A DNA stretch of 64,000 nucleotides from Blastocystis sp. Blastoise (taxonomy: Eukaryota > Protista > Bigyra: Opalinata): the NCBI GenBank assembly GCA_039096225.1, contig JBBPEB010000009.1, positions 1,488,001-1,552,000 of the forward strand. The letters are read 5' to 3'. Both the position numbers and the translations under genes were made by a program. This document shows positions 13,501 to 39,351 of this stretch, in pieces (position 1 is the first letter of the stretch; each line of letters opens with the position of its first letter). Under the pieces are notes generated by a model. The model made no database searches, was not told where the DNA came from, and worked only from the letters and a program-made list of their open reading frames with translations.

Positions 13501-14382
13501 TAGTTCTAGGTATATCTATTAAATATATATAATGCTATAATTATAATATATTACATTTCATCCTAATCTTTTTATGAATATTAATATAGATATTAATGAT
13601 ATACCAGATGATAATTTTTGTAAACTATACACTACACATAATTTCCCTAAACTAAAATCTATCAATATTTGTATATATTTTAATAATTATTATTTTTTTT
13701 TATTATAAATCATATATATATATACATATTTTTATTCCATAATAATTATTTTTATTAATACTATTGTATATATATATAGATAAATTTGGTAGTACATGGT
13801 GGAGTTCTTTTATTAAAATATTTTGTAACTATGTTAATAGTGATAACTATCCATTATCAAGTATTATCCAGTTAACTGAGAGCTTTTCTTTGATTAATTA
13901 CATATATGATCCTAATAATTCTATTCTTCGATGTAAATATGATACTAATTCATTGATAAATACAATTATTGGTTCAAAAGGTATATATATATATAACTAG
14001 CATATTATGCATATATATAGATGAAACGATGAATAAATATGAGATGGAAACGTTGTTTGATTGTATAAACGAAAATAAAACTCAAAATATAAAAAGTTTA
14101 GAATTATGTAAATTAATAATTATATTTTTTTTATGTGAAATTTTTTATAGATATTTATGATGAGGAACAATTGTCAACACTTATCAATTTTATTACTACT
14201 GGAAAATTTCCTAAATTGAAAGAATTGGGTTTTTGGTTACGTATGCATATAGTTATTTATATTAATAATATTATATAGATTGTAATACTTATGAACAAAG
14301 GGATATATATAAACAAAAATTAAGTGATTCTTCATTTATAAAAGAAAATCATGTGTCTTATGAATTTAATGGGTTTTTGTAA
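10565..14382 (+). CDS. BTB/POZ-like + LRR-like repeat protein, copy 2 (multi-exon)
   Basis: ATG 10565 (MSGSENLKTEDK-Y-LFTFQDETKLW), colinear exon by exon with copy 1, ends ...YEFNGFL TAA 14380-14382. Confidence 0.85.
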
Positions 14383-15938
14383 ATCGAATAAATATGTAAT
14401 TATTTATTGTTTATATAATTATTTTATTTTTATAAGTATTTTGTTATGATTATATTTCACGTATTAACGTTTCTATAAAGTATTTTTATTAATACTCTTT
14501 CTTGTTTATTTGAGAATGAGAAACTACAAGTGATTAAATAAAATATATATTTTTATAATATATATAAATAGTATATATTATGGAATACTATTTAATGTTT
14601 ATTATGAATTTAACTTTACAGTTTTCATAAAGTTTAAATTTTATAAATAATTCTACATAAATATAATTATTTGAATAATATCTTCATATGTTGTTAAAAC
14701 TGTTTTTAACATTTTTTAAATATAATATATAAAAGTGAATGACTTCTTAATAAACATTTTTATGAGTATATTAAGAAAATAAATGAGATTCTAACTATAT
14801 TTTTGTTTTATTTACTATCTTTTATCATATTTTAGTGTTTATATAAAGAGTCGCTAAAAAGTGTTCTAAAACAATTAAAATGTTCTATTTACTGAAATAT
14901 ATTTTTCATTTTCAATATAGAATAGTTTATATGAAATATTAGTTATATAATTAAAGAGAAATACGATGAATCTAATCATAATTACATTATTATATATATT
15001 AGTAAGAAAGCTATTTTTATCAAAATGCATTGAGAGTAATAAAATATTTTATGATTTAATTCTTATTAGATTTAAATATTAAATAATTTTAAACATAGAA
15101 TATAATATGAGAATTATGGACTAATTATAGGTAAAATATTATCATATTTAATTATTTATATTTGTCTCTATTAATACATAAGCGACACATATAAACAATA
15201 TACACTTATATTACCAATAATATCTTATTGTATAAAATAACAAAAAATAGTTGTTATTCATCATAAATATATGATAATAGATTATCTATATGAATATGAT
15301 GATTTAGATGTCTTCATAAATTATTGAAAAAATCTATAGGGGACCAAAATAATATACAATAGAAATGGAAGAGTGAGAAGAAGGAGATAGACAATAAGAG
15401 GAGAGATTTTTGTATCAGTAGGCTATAGAATAGATAATATTTGAGAAATAGAAGCATATTACATAAATATAATATAAAAATAAATAAAAATGTATTAAAT
15501 TCAGTCAGAAATCAGGAATGATTAAAAGAGAATATAGTTATTGATTTCTAGATAAGTAATAATTAGTACATATAAATATATATATATCATATAAATAATA
15601 ATAAAAACGTATCTGTTAAAATATGTCACTAATTAATCAAAATGAAAATTAAGCATAAAATATAAACTAATTAGACATACTATTTTATTTCTTATATCTT
15701 CTATATTACCTATTAATATTAAAACATCTATTTAAATTAATTAATGAAGTGAAGATCCACAATGAATCATTATTTTATGATATTTGAAATATATTTTTGC
15801 AGATCATATTAATTAATAATCATTCAAAATAATATGAATAATCATATATGAATAATTATTGAGTAATAACGAAAAGAAATATTGAAAGAATAAACAAGGG
15901 GAAACAACTCTATTAATTTAATTAGCATTATTTCATTA

Positions 15939-17531
15939 ATGGTGAAAGAAAAGGTGTTATTTGATATTGATAAATTCAATAGATTGAAGGAGGATATCAA
16001 TGTATATGAAGAATTGATGAAAGATGTAGTTAGTGTATTTGGATCAGTAATGAATCTTGGCATACATTCTGGAGTGTCAATTAATAGACTTATAAAACAT
16101 ATTGGAAATGATTGTATTGAAAAAGAAGGCGAAAGTGATGAATTTGAAAAGAAATGTGTTTATGAAAATAATAATAATGAGAATATCAATATCAATATGG
16201 ATGCTAATGATGATAATGATATGGATTTGATACGATTTACAAATAATGGTCCTGTATTTCAAGTATCAACATCTGTTTTAGATTCTTTGAAAGGTTCTTT
16301 TATTGAAGAACAACGTAATGAAGAAAAAAGAACGAATGATGGATCTGTATATCTTGATTATCCTGGAAATGATGCTTTTATTTATTATTTATTAGATTAT
16401 TTGAATGGAAAGAAAGTTAATTTTGATTCTTTTTCTTATGAAGAACAATTAGAAATATTGAATTTATTTGAATTTTGTGGCTTAGTGATTCCTATAGAAT
16501 TAATAGATTGTAGAATAAGAAGAGATCGAAAGATGAAGAAATATGAAGAAGGAGATGAAGTTTCTTTGATTATTAATGGGAATAAGAATGATATTATTAA
16601 AGATTATTTAGTACAGAATGGATTATGGAATAATTATGTTAAGAATTGGGATAATGGATTTATTAATTATAATCATAAAGATAATATTTTTTTTATAGAA
16701 AATAAATATGAAAATATAGATTATATTACTGAATATGTGAAGAATGGATATATATATATAGAATTCGATAAGATTGTTGATATTAATAAAGAATTATTAG
16801 AGAAAGAAATGATTGAATTATTTGGTGAAAAAGGAAAAGAAGAAGCGAATTTATGTTTAGCGATGAAACCACAATTTTCTGATTCTTTGATTCTTTATGA
16901 TAAAGAGATGGATTATCAATTGCAAAAATGGCTAGGCAGAAACAAGAAATGGCAATTATTATTCAGGTATGATAAGATGTCATTACTTATTAAATATATG
17001 TATATATATATAGAGCAAGTGAGCATAATTATTCAAATGACGAATTCCATAGATATTGTGATAATAAAGGAGAAACACTAGTGTTAATCAAACATATAGG
17101 TCATAATAATTATATTAATATATTTGGAGGATACAGATCAAAATTGGGAATCTCCTATTTTAGGATGTATATTTATTTGTTTTTTTTTTAAATTGTTTTA
17201 TATTCTTCTACATATAGGTGGAAAACATGCTTCTAAAGAATTTCTCTTTACTTTAAGTAATGAACATGGTATTCCTCCTACTCCATATCTACATAATGGT
17301 AATGGTTGTGGTATATATTGTTCTTCTTCTTATGGTCCTGTATTTGGATGTGGTTATGATATTGCATTAGATGATGGATGTGATACTGGAAATGAATATG
17401 TATATACAAAAGCTTCTTCTTTCACATGGATAGATACTCCTCAAAAATCATCCTTATTTGTTAATACTGCTGGTCCAAATAAAAAGAATTACTTTCAAGT
17501 TGAAGATTATGAAGTCTGGGGAAGAGCTTAA
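15939..17531 (+). CDS. BTB-BTB-TLDc protein A (3 exons)
   Basis: BTB-like 1: IRFTNNGPVFQVS...DGSVYLDY...YYLLDYLNG. BTB-like 2: EVSLIINGNK...IDYITEYVKNG...LLEKEM. TLDc motifs: WQLLFRAS, FHRYCDNKGETL, IFGGYT, FLFTL, YGPVFG, VEDYEVW. Confidence 0.9.
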
Positions 17532-18108
17532 TATATATATATATATTCTATTATATGAATGAATCTATTTGAAATACTCTGAAAATATATATATTTTTAT
17601 ATTTGTATTATAACTTATTACAAGTTTTTTATCATCATTTTTATTTGTTATTGTTTTTATATGTTTAGTAATTGTGAAATATATAATAGAATCTATATAT
17701 CAATGGTATCATAAAAATAATATCTAAACATTTTTGTTAATTTATATAATATTATATTTTAAAATATTCATGTCCTTACTGTTGGATATTATTTTTGATT
17801 TATCTTTTAATAGGGATGAATAGTATATTATAGAATAAATAATTATTATAGAACAAAAAAAGTAATTACATTGTAAGGTTAATGATCTTAAAAGAAAAAA
17901 TATATTTTAATAAAAATCAGTTAAAAATAATTAATAAAATAGTAGATAGGAATAATATAGAGTATATAATAAAGAAAATATATATATGTACTGTTAACAC
18001 AAATTTAAAAATTTTATTAACGATATATACTTTAATATGAATAAAAAAAGAGAACAAATTATAAAAAAGAATTAAAAAAGGAGATAAATGGTTATTTTAA
18101 GTCATTTT

Positions 18109-20388
18109 TTATGATTTGCTTGTGAATACTTCAAAGTTAATTAAATAAAATTCATTTCTTTCATCATATTGATTAGTATTAACAAAGAAACTATTTCCTA
18201 ATTCAGGATAAGGAGAAATATATACTGGATCTTCACCATATAAAGATATACTACTATATATTATAAATCGATCTTCATTAATATCAGTACTTAAATATAT
18301 ACCACAATGAAATGTGCGTTCGGCATAGGAATCATTACTTATTAATGCACTATTTGTATATTCACGATTAATACTAAGTTTAGTATAATTATATTGATTA
18401 GGATTTGTTAATGAAAATAAAAAGGCTTTTGAATCTGCTCTAAATCCTGTAACTATATATATATAAATATTTGTTTATTTATTTAATATAAATACTTCTT
18501 AGTAAATTTTCCATATCACTATGATTCTTTCCCCAACCAACACTAGTATATCCTCCAAATATATACGATTGGCCATCTTTTCCTTTTCCTTCAATAATCA
18601 CTAATGATTCTTTTTCATCACATTTCTCATGCCATTTCTTTACACTTCTCTTCTCATCAGAACATCTATATATAATAATATATAATTATAAACAATATAT
18701 AAATAATATATAATATTACCTATATAATAATTCCCATTCTTTATTCTTATCAAACCATCTACTTAACTCAATACCCATTTCTTTAGTAATAAGAATTGAA
18801 TTTGGTAAATATAAATCAGGATTTGGTATTAATTCATAGACTTCATAATCATCAACTGTAAACCGATTTTGCTCTTGTGGACCAGCTGTATTCACAAATA
18901 ATGATGCTTTTTGAGGAGTAAGACCATGAGAATATATAGCATCATCTCCATTAATACAATTATTGTTACTATTATGACAATCATCAATAATACATATATC
19001 TAGAAAACAAGGACCAAAATCCTTATAACAATATAATGCAGAATTAGGATCTAGTATATCATATTGAGTAGGAGGAATATTATGTTCATTGCTTAAAGTG
19101 AATAAAAATTCTTTAGAAGCAGATTTAAGAACTATATAAATGATATAGAATAATTATATAAATAAAAATATACTTCCTGAACTAGATTCCCAATATTGAT
19201 CTGTATATCCTCCAAATATATTAATCTTATTATTATGATCGATATGTTTAATTAGAGTTACAGTAGGACATTTAAAATCACAATATTTATGAAATTCATT
19301 AGCTTTAAAATTATTTTCACTTGCTCTATATATAGAATAATATACATTTATAATAAACATACCTAAATAATAATTTTCATTTTCTTTCTTTACCTAACCA
19401 ATTCAATAAGGGGGTTTCATAACATTTCTTCTCGATTACTTTTGAATCTATAAATACAGTTAAATTTCCCATCATATTTCTATTCGCAGCTTCTCTTCCT
19501 TGTTCACCAAATACACTATACATTTCATTCTCTAATAAACTAATATCTATATTCTTTATTTCTTCTTCTTTTATATCAAGACAACAGTTTTCCATGTATT
19601 CATTAATATACTTCATATATTTATAACTCATATACATAGACCTAATATCATTTATATAATCATAATCAACATATCCATTCTTATATATCATTATATAATC
19701 ATCCCATAAATTATTGTTTATTAAATAATTCTTAATCGTATCATCTTTCTTTCCATTAATATATAGAGAAACTTCATCACCTTTTTCATACTATTCTTGT
19801 TTTTCATCTCTTTTTTCTCTACATTCTAATAATTCTATAGGAATTGGTAAATTACAAGATTCAAATAATTCAAGCAACTTTAATTGTTCTCGAAACTTAA
19901 TTTGACTATAATCTACAGCTTTGCCATTCAAGTAATCTATTAAATAATAAACGGATGCATCGTTTCTCGATAATCAAGGAAAATATTTCCATCATTTGTC
20001 CTCAATTCTTCTTCAGATTGCTCATAAATATAGGAATAAGGGATCGAATTGATAATTCTTTTCGATAAAGAAAATAAAGGACCATTTCCAGAAAAACAAA
20101 TAAGCTCAATATTATTATTATCACTCGTATTCATTATTGCAGTAGTTTTTCCTTTAGTATTATCAAGAAAATGCTTCAATTTTGAGAATTTATCAGTTCC
20201 TCGTTGAATGCAATCTTCATTTAGATTATTAAGAGCACCTTGAGGTTTCTGACCAGAATAAAGAGTCAAAGAAAAGATAGAAGTGAATCCTTCAACTATT
20301 TTTCTTCATTAATTCATCTAAATTTTGACACAGCTTCTTTAATTAGATTCAAAGAATCTAAATCAAATAAAACACCTTCTTTTATCAT
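18109..20388 (-). pseudogene. BTB-BTB-TLDc-TLDc gene B, disrupted
   Basis: ATG 20388 (MIKEGVLFDLDSLNLIKE). Two +1 shifts (about 20322 and 20300), one -1 shift (about 19965), and TGA replacing the conserved Trp of KWKLLFR (19377-19379). Two tandem TLDc domains (IFGGYTDQYW; IFGGYTSVGW...NFEVF), stop at 18109. Confidence 0.8.
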
Positions 20389-20672
20389 TTAAAATGAGAT
20401 TAAAATGATAAAAATGAATTCTAAAAATTTTTTGTATCTAAAACTTGCAAAGATATAATCTAAGGAATATTGTAATTCTTCAGCTATTTTTCATAATTTT
20501 CATTATCTATCAAAAATTTTTTGAAAAATATATTGTTCTTTTTTCTTCTAGCCCATATTAGTTTTTATTGATTTCAGTAAGTTTTTAGAAATTAATCGTA
20601 CTATATTTAGTGCGTACCTGCTTTCTATCATGTTTCTTGAACTCATTATGCCATTATAGTTCAGTTACTACC

Positions 20673-24500
<3,828 letters not shown>

Positions 24501-25861
24501 AACTATTCTATTTTATATATTTTTATATATAAAAATTATATTTTTATATATAAAAATTATATTTTTATAGTATGAAACAGTCTTCTGTCGTATATTGAGG
24601 TGGTCTCTTTCACTAAAGTAACTTTGCTATTGAATAAAACAAAATAGTTAATAAAATTGATAAATTGTCGTATTTAATGAATTAAAACTCTCCTTAACGG
24701 AATATATAATATATATATATATATAATCATACTTTATAAGATTTTATATAGCATTTTTATTGTTTATTCGATCTTGAAGTGTTAGCAACATACTAAAAAG
24801 CATAAAAATAATTAAATTATCTTTTAAAGGTAATAAAAATTTAAATAACTTAATAAAAGTCATTTTTCAAATAATAAAATAATATTTTTATAAATACTTT
24901 TAAAATAATTAAAAATGATTCTTTTATTAAAAAATAAATGAATTCATTAGTTTTTATTTACCTTTAAACAAACTCACTTAGCTACAACTAAAGAAAAAAA
25001 ATTATTTTAAAACAAATCAAACTATTTTCAAATACTAACAACTGACAATATTTAATGTATAATGTGAAAAATTGATTTTATTATATTTAAAAATATATAT
25101 AAAAAGAGAGCGATGGAGTATTATATAACTAGATTATGTTGTGTTGAAGCAGATAAATAATATTGAATAAATAAAGAAATACATAATAAATATATTATAA
25201 ATATAACTACAGAAAAATAGGATACAACTGGAATGATTTATAAAAAATACTTATAATTATACTTGAAATAGTTCATTTATGTAGGTTATAAAAATCTCAA
25301 TATTCACAATATAAACTAATGTTCAAATTAAGCATATTCAGAGGGTTAAAAAACAAAATGGAAATATAGGAGAATATTTAGAATTAATTAATTAAGATTA
25401 TACATATCCAGGATGTCTCGAATTATAAAAGGCACGTATTAGACCTTTTATGTCAGCTAATACAGCACAGAATCACAATTCTGCTACTGTTTTAAGTTTT
25501 CTCTTTTATATCCTTATAGATAGAACTATTTGAAACTACTAAAATGTAACGATAATTATTATAAATGAATATTAAATGAACAATAAAGAGAAATTAACTA
25601 TCAATTTAAAAAAAACATTTAGAATCACGATTAATTATAAAATAAAAGTGAATAAATTAAAAATAATTGTGAATTGATGAAAAAATAGTATTATAAAAAT
25701 ATTCACGAATATTATAAAAGATAAAGCTAAAATAAAAAAAAAATTTTTCATTCAGTTTTTTAACTAGATTTTCAATTAGAGAGACTTGTTTCTCTATATA
25801 AGATAGAAAAAGAATTTTTTAAAGAATTTTCATTGTTCTTTTATTTCTTTTATTGTTAAGA

Positions 25862-27473
25862 ATGGTGAAAGAGAAGGTAGAATTTGATGCGAATAAGATG
25901 GGTGATATTCAGAAGGATGTAATTCATTTTGAAAGACTGATTGGTGATTTGATTGGTATTTTAAGTAAGTCAATAAGTTTCTGTATTCATTCTGGTGAGT
26001 CTATAAATGAATTGGTAAAGCAATCCGTAAGAAATTATGAAGGAATGAATGATAAGAATGGTGATGATCCGCATATAATTATCCAAGAATCTTCATATGT
26101 TCATGAAACTGATGCTACTATAAATGATAATGATAATGGAATTGATTATATTCGATTCACTAATAATGGTCCTGTTTATTCTCTTCCTAAAAGAATAACA
26201 AATAGTTTAGTAGGAAGTCTTCTGTATGAATATTCCCAAGAAAATCAAAGAACTAATGATGGAAATATTTATTTAGATTATCATGGTGATGAAACAGTAG
26301 CTCCTTTATTAATTGATTCTTTAATGAATAAGAAAATAGATATTGATAAGTTAATAATGAAAGATCAAATAGATTTATTAAGAATGTTTGAATATTGTGA
26401 ATTACCTATTCCTGAAGAATTAATTAATACATATTATAGAATAGATTATAATATGAAACAATATAAAGAAGATGACAAAGTTACTCTTTATATTAATGGT
26501 AAGAAAGATGAAGTATTAAGAGATTATTGGAAGAAGAATGGCTTATGGAATAAGATTATTAATGATTATTGTTATGGATATGTAGATTATGATGTGAAGT
26601 ATTATGAAATGTTTATAAAGATGAATTATAAATATATTGATCATATATATGAATATATTCTATATAATTGTGTTTATATTTCTGAAGAAGAAGCTACAAA
26701 TAAAAACATAGAATTATTAGAGAAAGAAATGTATAGTTTATTTGGTGATAAAGGAATGAGAGCTATTATTGAAGCAATGTTTCCTTATTCATATTTACCA
26801 GGTACAAAAATACTTACTAATAATTCTATGGAAATACCTTTAATGACTTGGTTAGGTAAAGAAAAGAAATGGAAATTATTATTTAGGTAAGAATATATAT
26901 AGTATTTTTATATTTATAATTATATAGATCCAGTGATCATAAATATGAATCAAGCGATTTTGATTATGATTCAAGTGAAAATGAATATAAAGCAAGTGAA
27001 TTCCATAAATGTTGTGATAATAAAGGAGAAACAGTAACTCTAATTAAGCATATAGGTCATAATGGTCATATTAATATATTTGGAGGGTATACAGATCAAA
27101 ATTGGGAATCTAGTTCAGGTAATACATTTATTAATTTATATAATTATTCTATATCATTTATATAGTTCTTAAACCTTATTCTAAAGAATTTCTATTCACT
27201 TTAAGTAATGAACATAATATTCCTCCTACTCAATATGATTATACAAATAGTGATAGAAATTATGGTATATACTGTAATTCTTCTTATGGTCCATTTTTTA
27301 ATGATATTTGTATATGTTATGAACGTTATCAAAATATGACTTCTTATTGTAGTGCATCTCGTTATTCTGAAGTGAATACTCCTCAAAAATCATCATTATT
27401 TGTAAATACTGATGATGCTAATTCTATAAATTACTTTAAAGTTCAAGATTATGAAGTATGGGGAAGAGCTTAA
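25862..27473 (+). CDS. BTB-BTB-TLDc protein C (3 exons)
   Basis: MVKEKVEFD start, same domain order and intron positions as gene A; KWKLLFR, IFGGYT, FLFTLSN, YEVWGRA*. Confidence 0.9.
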
Positions 27474-27979
27474 ATGATATTAATTATATACATATTTTTA
27501 TGTTTTTTTTTATTTATGATTATTATGATATTTTATTAGAAATTGTTTTTATTTATAAATTTTATTAATTTACTTTTAATTTATGATTTTATATATTTAA
27601 TTGTTAATATTTTCAAATTGGTTTTGTTTATCAACAATTATTTACAATCCAAATGTTCTTATGTTTCTTATTAAGATTCTTTTTATATATAAACTCTAAA
27701 TATTTAAAATAGTTTATATTTTAAAATATAAATAATACTAAAAACATTAAGATAAAAAACATATTACACTCATATACAAAAGCTAATAGAAATACATATT
27801 TTTATAAATAATACATTTTTATAATGTATCAATAGTGAAAAAAGAAAAAAAGTAAAAATAAATTGAAAAATCTATAATAAATTCATTTTGGCAAGGCATA
27901 AATATTATGTATATATAACCCAAATAATATTTAATGAAAAAATATATATGATGTCAATAATCACGTGATTAGCATCCAA

Positions 27980-35132
<7,153 letters not shown>

Positions 35133-35980
35133 TATTATATATTATAAAACATATAGATTGAATAATATTTTCTATATATTTAGTAAAGAAACAAAGCAAT
35201 GAATAAATTATTGACAAATTTATATTCTTTAGATAAAAAGATAAATAATCCTGATTAAAAATAAAATTAAAGAACAATTTTCATTTATGTATTCTAGAAC
35301 AACATTATTAAAAGTCTTATTTCATTTTTTTAATTTAAAGATGTATATTATATGATATCTATTCATATGTATTGAATAGTTAATAGCTATAAAATGTTTA
35401 GATAAAGAAATAAAAGAGTTGTTCTTCGTATTGAAGTTTTTTATGTGATTATCCTACTATATCTTTTTATTATTCGATATTTCTTATTTTTGTATATGAT
35501 AATTTATTTTGATATGCTATTTAAAATCTGATTCCCATGCTTTTATTTTGAAACAGAGTCTTTTTATGGTATATGATTTATAATCATTTATCATTTAGGC
35601 GCTTCTATCAATATAGAAATAAATATATATCATTATTTGAATAAAATTTTAAAAAAATATGAGAAATAATTGTTTTTTATTGGAAACACAACTAAAAACC
35701 AGAAGAAATTAAGAAGAAGAATATTGCTAATATTTTTTGTACATCCAAGAAACGTTTGTGAACATATATGAATACATTTACCTCAAAAAACAGAGCAATG
35801 AGAATCAGAAAAATACTTTTTAGTATTTTAATAATCAATGATATGTCTCAAATTTGACGTAGAATCAGATAATATATCATATGGAAAGATTTCTTGTTTT
35901 AAAACTCCTATTTCCATGTTTATCCATTGTAGAATTACTCTAAAAAGACAATTATCAAAGGATTATTGTAACGTAGTAAG

Positions 35981-36856
35981 TAGAGTTGGGCGAAGTCCAT
36001 CAAGTTTCACTTGTACCAAAATTTTCTTTTAAGAGTGACTTTTCTTGTATAATAATATCAAAATACTTATTTTTTTAAATTATATATATTTTTTGTATTC
36101 TACATACTTATGTTCACACTTCGAACAGGAGAGATTTTAAGTATATATGACAATTAGATGCAATTCACTTTATAAGTGATTTATCTTTTTTAATTGTAGA
36201 GTATGCCACTTTATAAATAGATTTTATGTTCTATTCAGTATTAATAAGGCATTAATACAATTATATTTATTCATCATATTCATAATATTTTGTAAATTTA
36301 ATCTAAAATCTATCATTATGAGTTACAAACTGTCTGTTGTATACAAAAAAACTACTATTATAACATTCAGAAAAGTTGACATGAATAGAGATGCATCGAT
36401 AATTTATAAAACACAGATATTTTATATAAATAAGAATATACATAAAGGGGCGTACATGACCAGATATTCTTATGGATAAAATAATGCAAAAAATATTTGT
36501 TTGATTCAACTTTATTACAAAGTTGTAATTGATATATATTTATATAGAGTATAGTGTCTAGAGTTGAATAGAAGAACCAAATTCTAATTTCCATTTTATT
36601 AATTGTAATTATATTTTATACTCGTTCAATATTGCTTTATTTTTCAAAGTTGGTATAGTTTTAGCATATACATTGATTACCCCATGGTATCTTGACTCAA
36701 CAATAGCTTGTAATGAAGATTGACAACACACCAAAAAATGGTTTTTTTTTCCCGTGAAAAAAAGGGAGAAAAACGAGCTACAAATTGGAGCTCCAACCCA
36801 AAAAATTGGACCTAGATGGACCTCCATACAAATGGACTTCCATTTGCCCAACTCTA
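35981..36856. mobile_element. Non-autonomous hAT-type DNA transposon (876 bp)
   Basis: TIRs TAGAGTTGGGC (35981-35991) and GCCCAACTCTA (36846-36856), extended by gaagtccat/atggacttc. 8-bp flanks gtagtaag (35973-35980) and ctagtaag (36857-36864) match 7/8. Subterminal TGGAC(C/T)T repeats near the right end. Confidence 0.8.
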
Positions 36857-37106
36857 CTAGTAAGATATATTTAAAAAATCAAAACAAACTGAATTAAAAA
36901 TAATTCTTGATTCAAATAATAAAGTTCTAAAAACAATGAATTAGATAAAAATAAAATAGAAAAAGAGAAAAAACAAACACAATCAATAAAATGTATAAAT
37001 GAAAAGGAGAAACCACATCTCTTTTCTCCAATTCAGAAAAAAATGGTATACAAGGTTTTCTCAGATTTCTTTTGTTTTAAGTTGAAATTTCGTTATTAAT
37101 TAAATA

Positions 37107-37994
37107 ATGCCTGCCAAGATTGTTGAATGTGTTCCTAACTTTAGTGAAGGTTGTGATGAAAAGATTGTTCAAGCTATTGCTGATGCTATGAGCAATACTC
37201 CTGGTTGTACTGTTCTTGATGTAGATGCTGGTAAATCTACTAACAGAACCGTTTATACCTTTGTTGGTTCCCCTGAAGCTGTTGTTGAAGGTGCTTTCAA
37301 TGCTTGTAAAGTAGCTAAGGAACTCATTGATATGAGAAAACATCATGGTGAACATCCTCGTATGGGTGCTTGTGATGTTTGTCCTTTTATTCCTGTTCAA
37401 GGTGTTACTATGGATGATTGTGTTGAAATCTCCAAAAAATTCGCTAAAAAAGCTGCTGAAGAATTAGGCATTCCTTGGTATGTTTAGTTTTAATTTTTTT
37501 TTATTATTTATTATTTATTATTTATTTATTATTTATTATTTATTATATATTTATTATTTATTATGTATTTATTTATTTATTCTATAGTTATCTTTATGAA
37601 TATGCTTCTAATGTTGCTTATAGAAAAACACTTCCTCAAATTCGTGCTGGTGAATATGAACATCTCGCTGAAAAAATTATTCAACCTGAATGGAAACCTG
37701 ATTTTGGTCCTGCTGGTATATATTTATATATATATTATTTATCTTATTTTTATTAATTATTTTATTTCTTTTATTATTTCTTTTATATATAGAATTTGTC
37801 CCTACTTGGGGTGCTACTGTAACTGGTGCTCGTAAATTCTTAGTTGCTTATAATGTTAATGTTCTTGGTACTAAGGAACAAGCTCATCGTTTAGCTCTTA
37901 ATATTCGTGAAAATGGACGTGGTAAAGATCAACCCGGTAAATTTAAATGTTGTAAAGCTATTGGTTGGTATGTTGATGAATATGATTATATATA

Positions 37995-38036
<42 letters not shown>

Positions 38037-38075
38037 TTATATTTATTATTATTATATTTATATTTATTATATTTA

Positions 38076-38118
<43 letters not shown>

Positions 38119-39351
38119 GATATGATATGGCTCAAGTATCTATTAATTTAACTGATTATGAAGTAACAGGAATGGCTGAAGTTTATGAAGAATTATGTAA
38201 AGAAGCTCAAGAATTAAATATATCCATTTGTGGATCTCAAATTGTATGTTATTATTATTGTTATTATTATTATTATTTTTTTTTTTTTTTTTTTTAAATA
38301 GATAATATATATATATATATATAGGTTGGTTTAATTCCTCTTGCTTCAATGATGCAAGTAGCTGATTATTATATTAAAAAAGAAAATTTATTTATTTTAG
38401 AACAAGGTCAAAAATTAAATTTAGCTATAAATAAATTAGGTTTACATGCTTGTGGTCATTTTGATCCTAAAGTTCATATTATTGAATATAGAGTATATTA
38501 TTATATTTTTTATATTATTTTATATTATATTATTATTATATATTATATTATTATTATTTTTATATTATTTGTATATTATTTATATATTATTATCTATTAT
38601 TATAGAGTAGAAAATAAATTAGAAGAACCTCTTGCTTCTCTTTCTGTTCGTCAATTTATTGAAGTCTTAGGATCTAGAACTGCTGCTCCTGGTATATATA
38701 TATATATATTATGTTTATTATTATTATTATTATTATTATTTACTATTTATTATACATATATAATAATAATGACTATATATAAATATAGGTGGAGGTAGTA
38801 CTTCTGCTTTAGTAGCTGCAATGGGTAGTGCTTTAGGTGCTATGGTAGGTTGGATGACTTATGGTTCAAAGAAATTTGAATCTTTAGATTCTATTATGCG
38901 TGCTAATATAGCTCCTCTTCATTTTATTATGAAAGATATGATACCTATGATTGATGAAGATACTAATGCTTTTAATAGTTATATGTCTGCATTAAAAATG
39001 CCTAAAGATAATGAAGAACAAATAATAGCTAGAGAAGAAGCTATGCAAAATGGGTTAAAACATGCTGTTCATATACCCTTATCTTCTATGAAGAAAGCTT
39101 CTGAAGCTTGGCCTTTTATGATTGAAATGGCTAAATATGGTAATATTAAATCAAAGAGTGATTTACAAGTAGGTGTTCGTTGTCTTGAAGTAGGTATTTG
39201 GGGATGCTATCAAAATGTACTTATTAATTTAAAGGAAATTAAAGATGAATCTTTTATAAATACTATTAAAGAAGAAGCTACTCTTTTAGATGAAAATGCT
39301 AAGAAATATTGTGAAGAAGTCTTAAATCTTTTAAATGAAAGAGATAATTAA
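37107..39351 (+). CDS. FTCD: Formiminotransferase-cyclodeaminase (bifunctional, about 7 exons)
   Basis: [96 protein letters not shown]. Confidence 0.97.

Noticed and set aside
15335-15430. Purine-rich patch, possibly an exon remnant
   Set aside because: Too short, with no partner exons identified.
19377-19379. TGA at a conserved Trp as evidence of a variant genetic code
   Set aside because: It is a single case in a gene with three other lesions; paralogs use TGG and no intact gene here needs readthrough.
24515-24570. Tandem AT-only palindromes (tttttatatataaaaa twice)
   Set aside because: Expected in such AT-rich DNA; a simple local duplication.
35580-35980. Short ORFs left of the hAT-type element
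   Set aside because: No recognisable homology or consistent exon structure.
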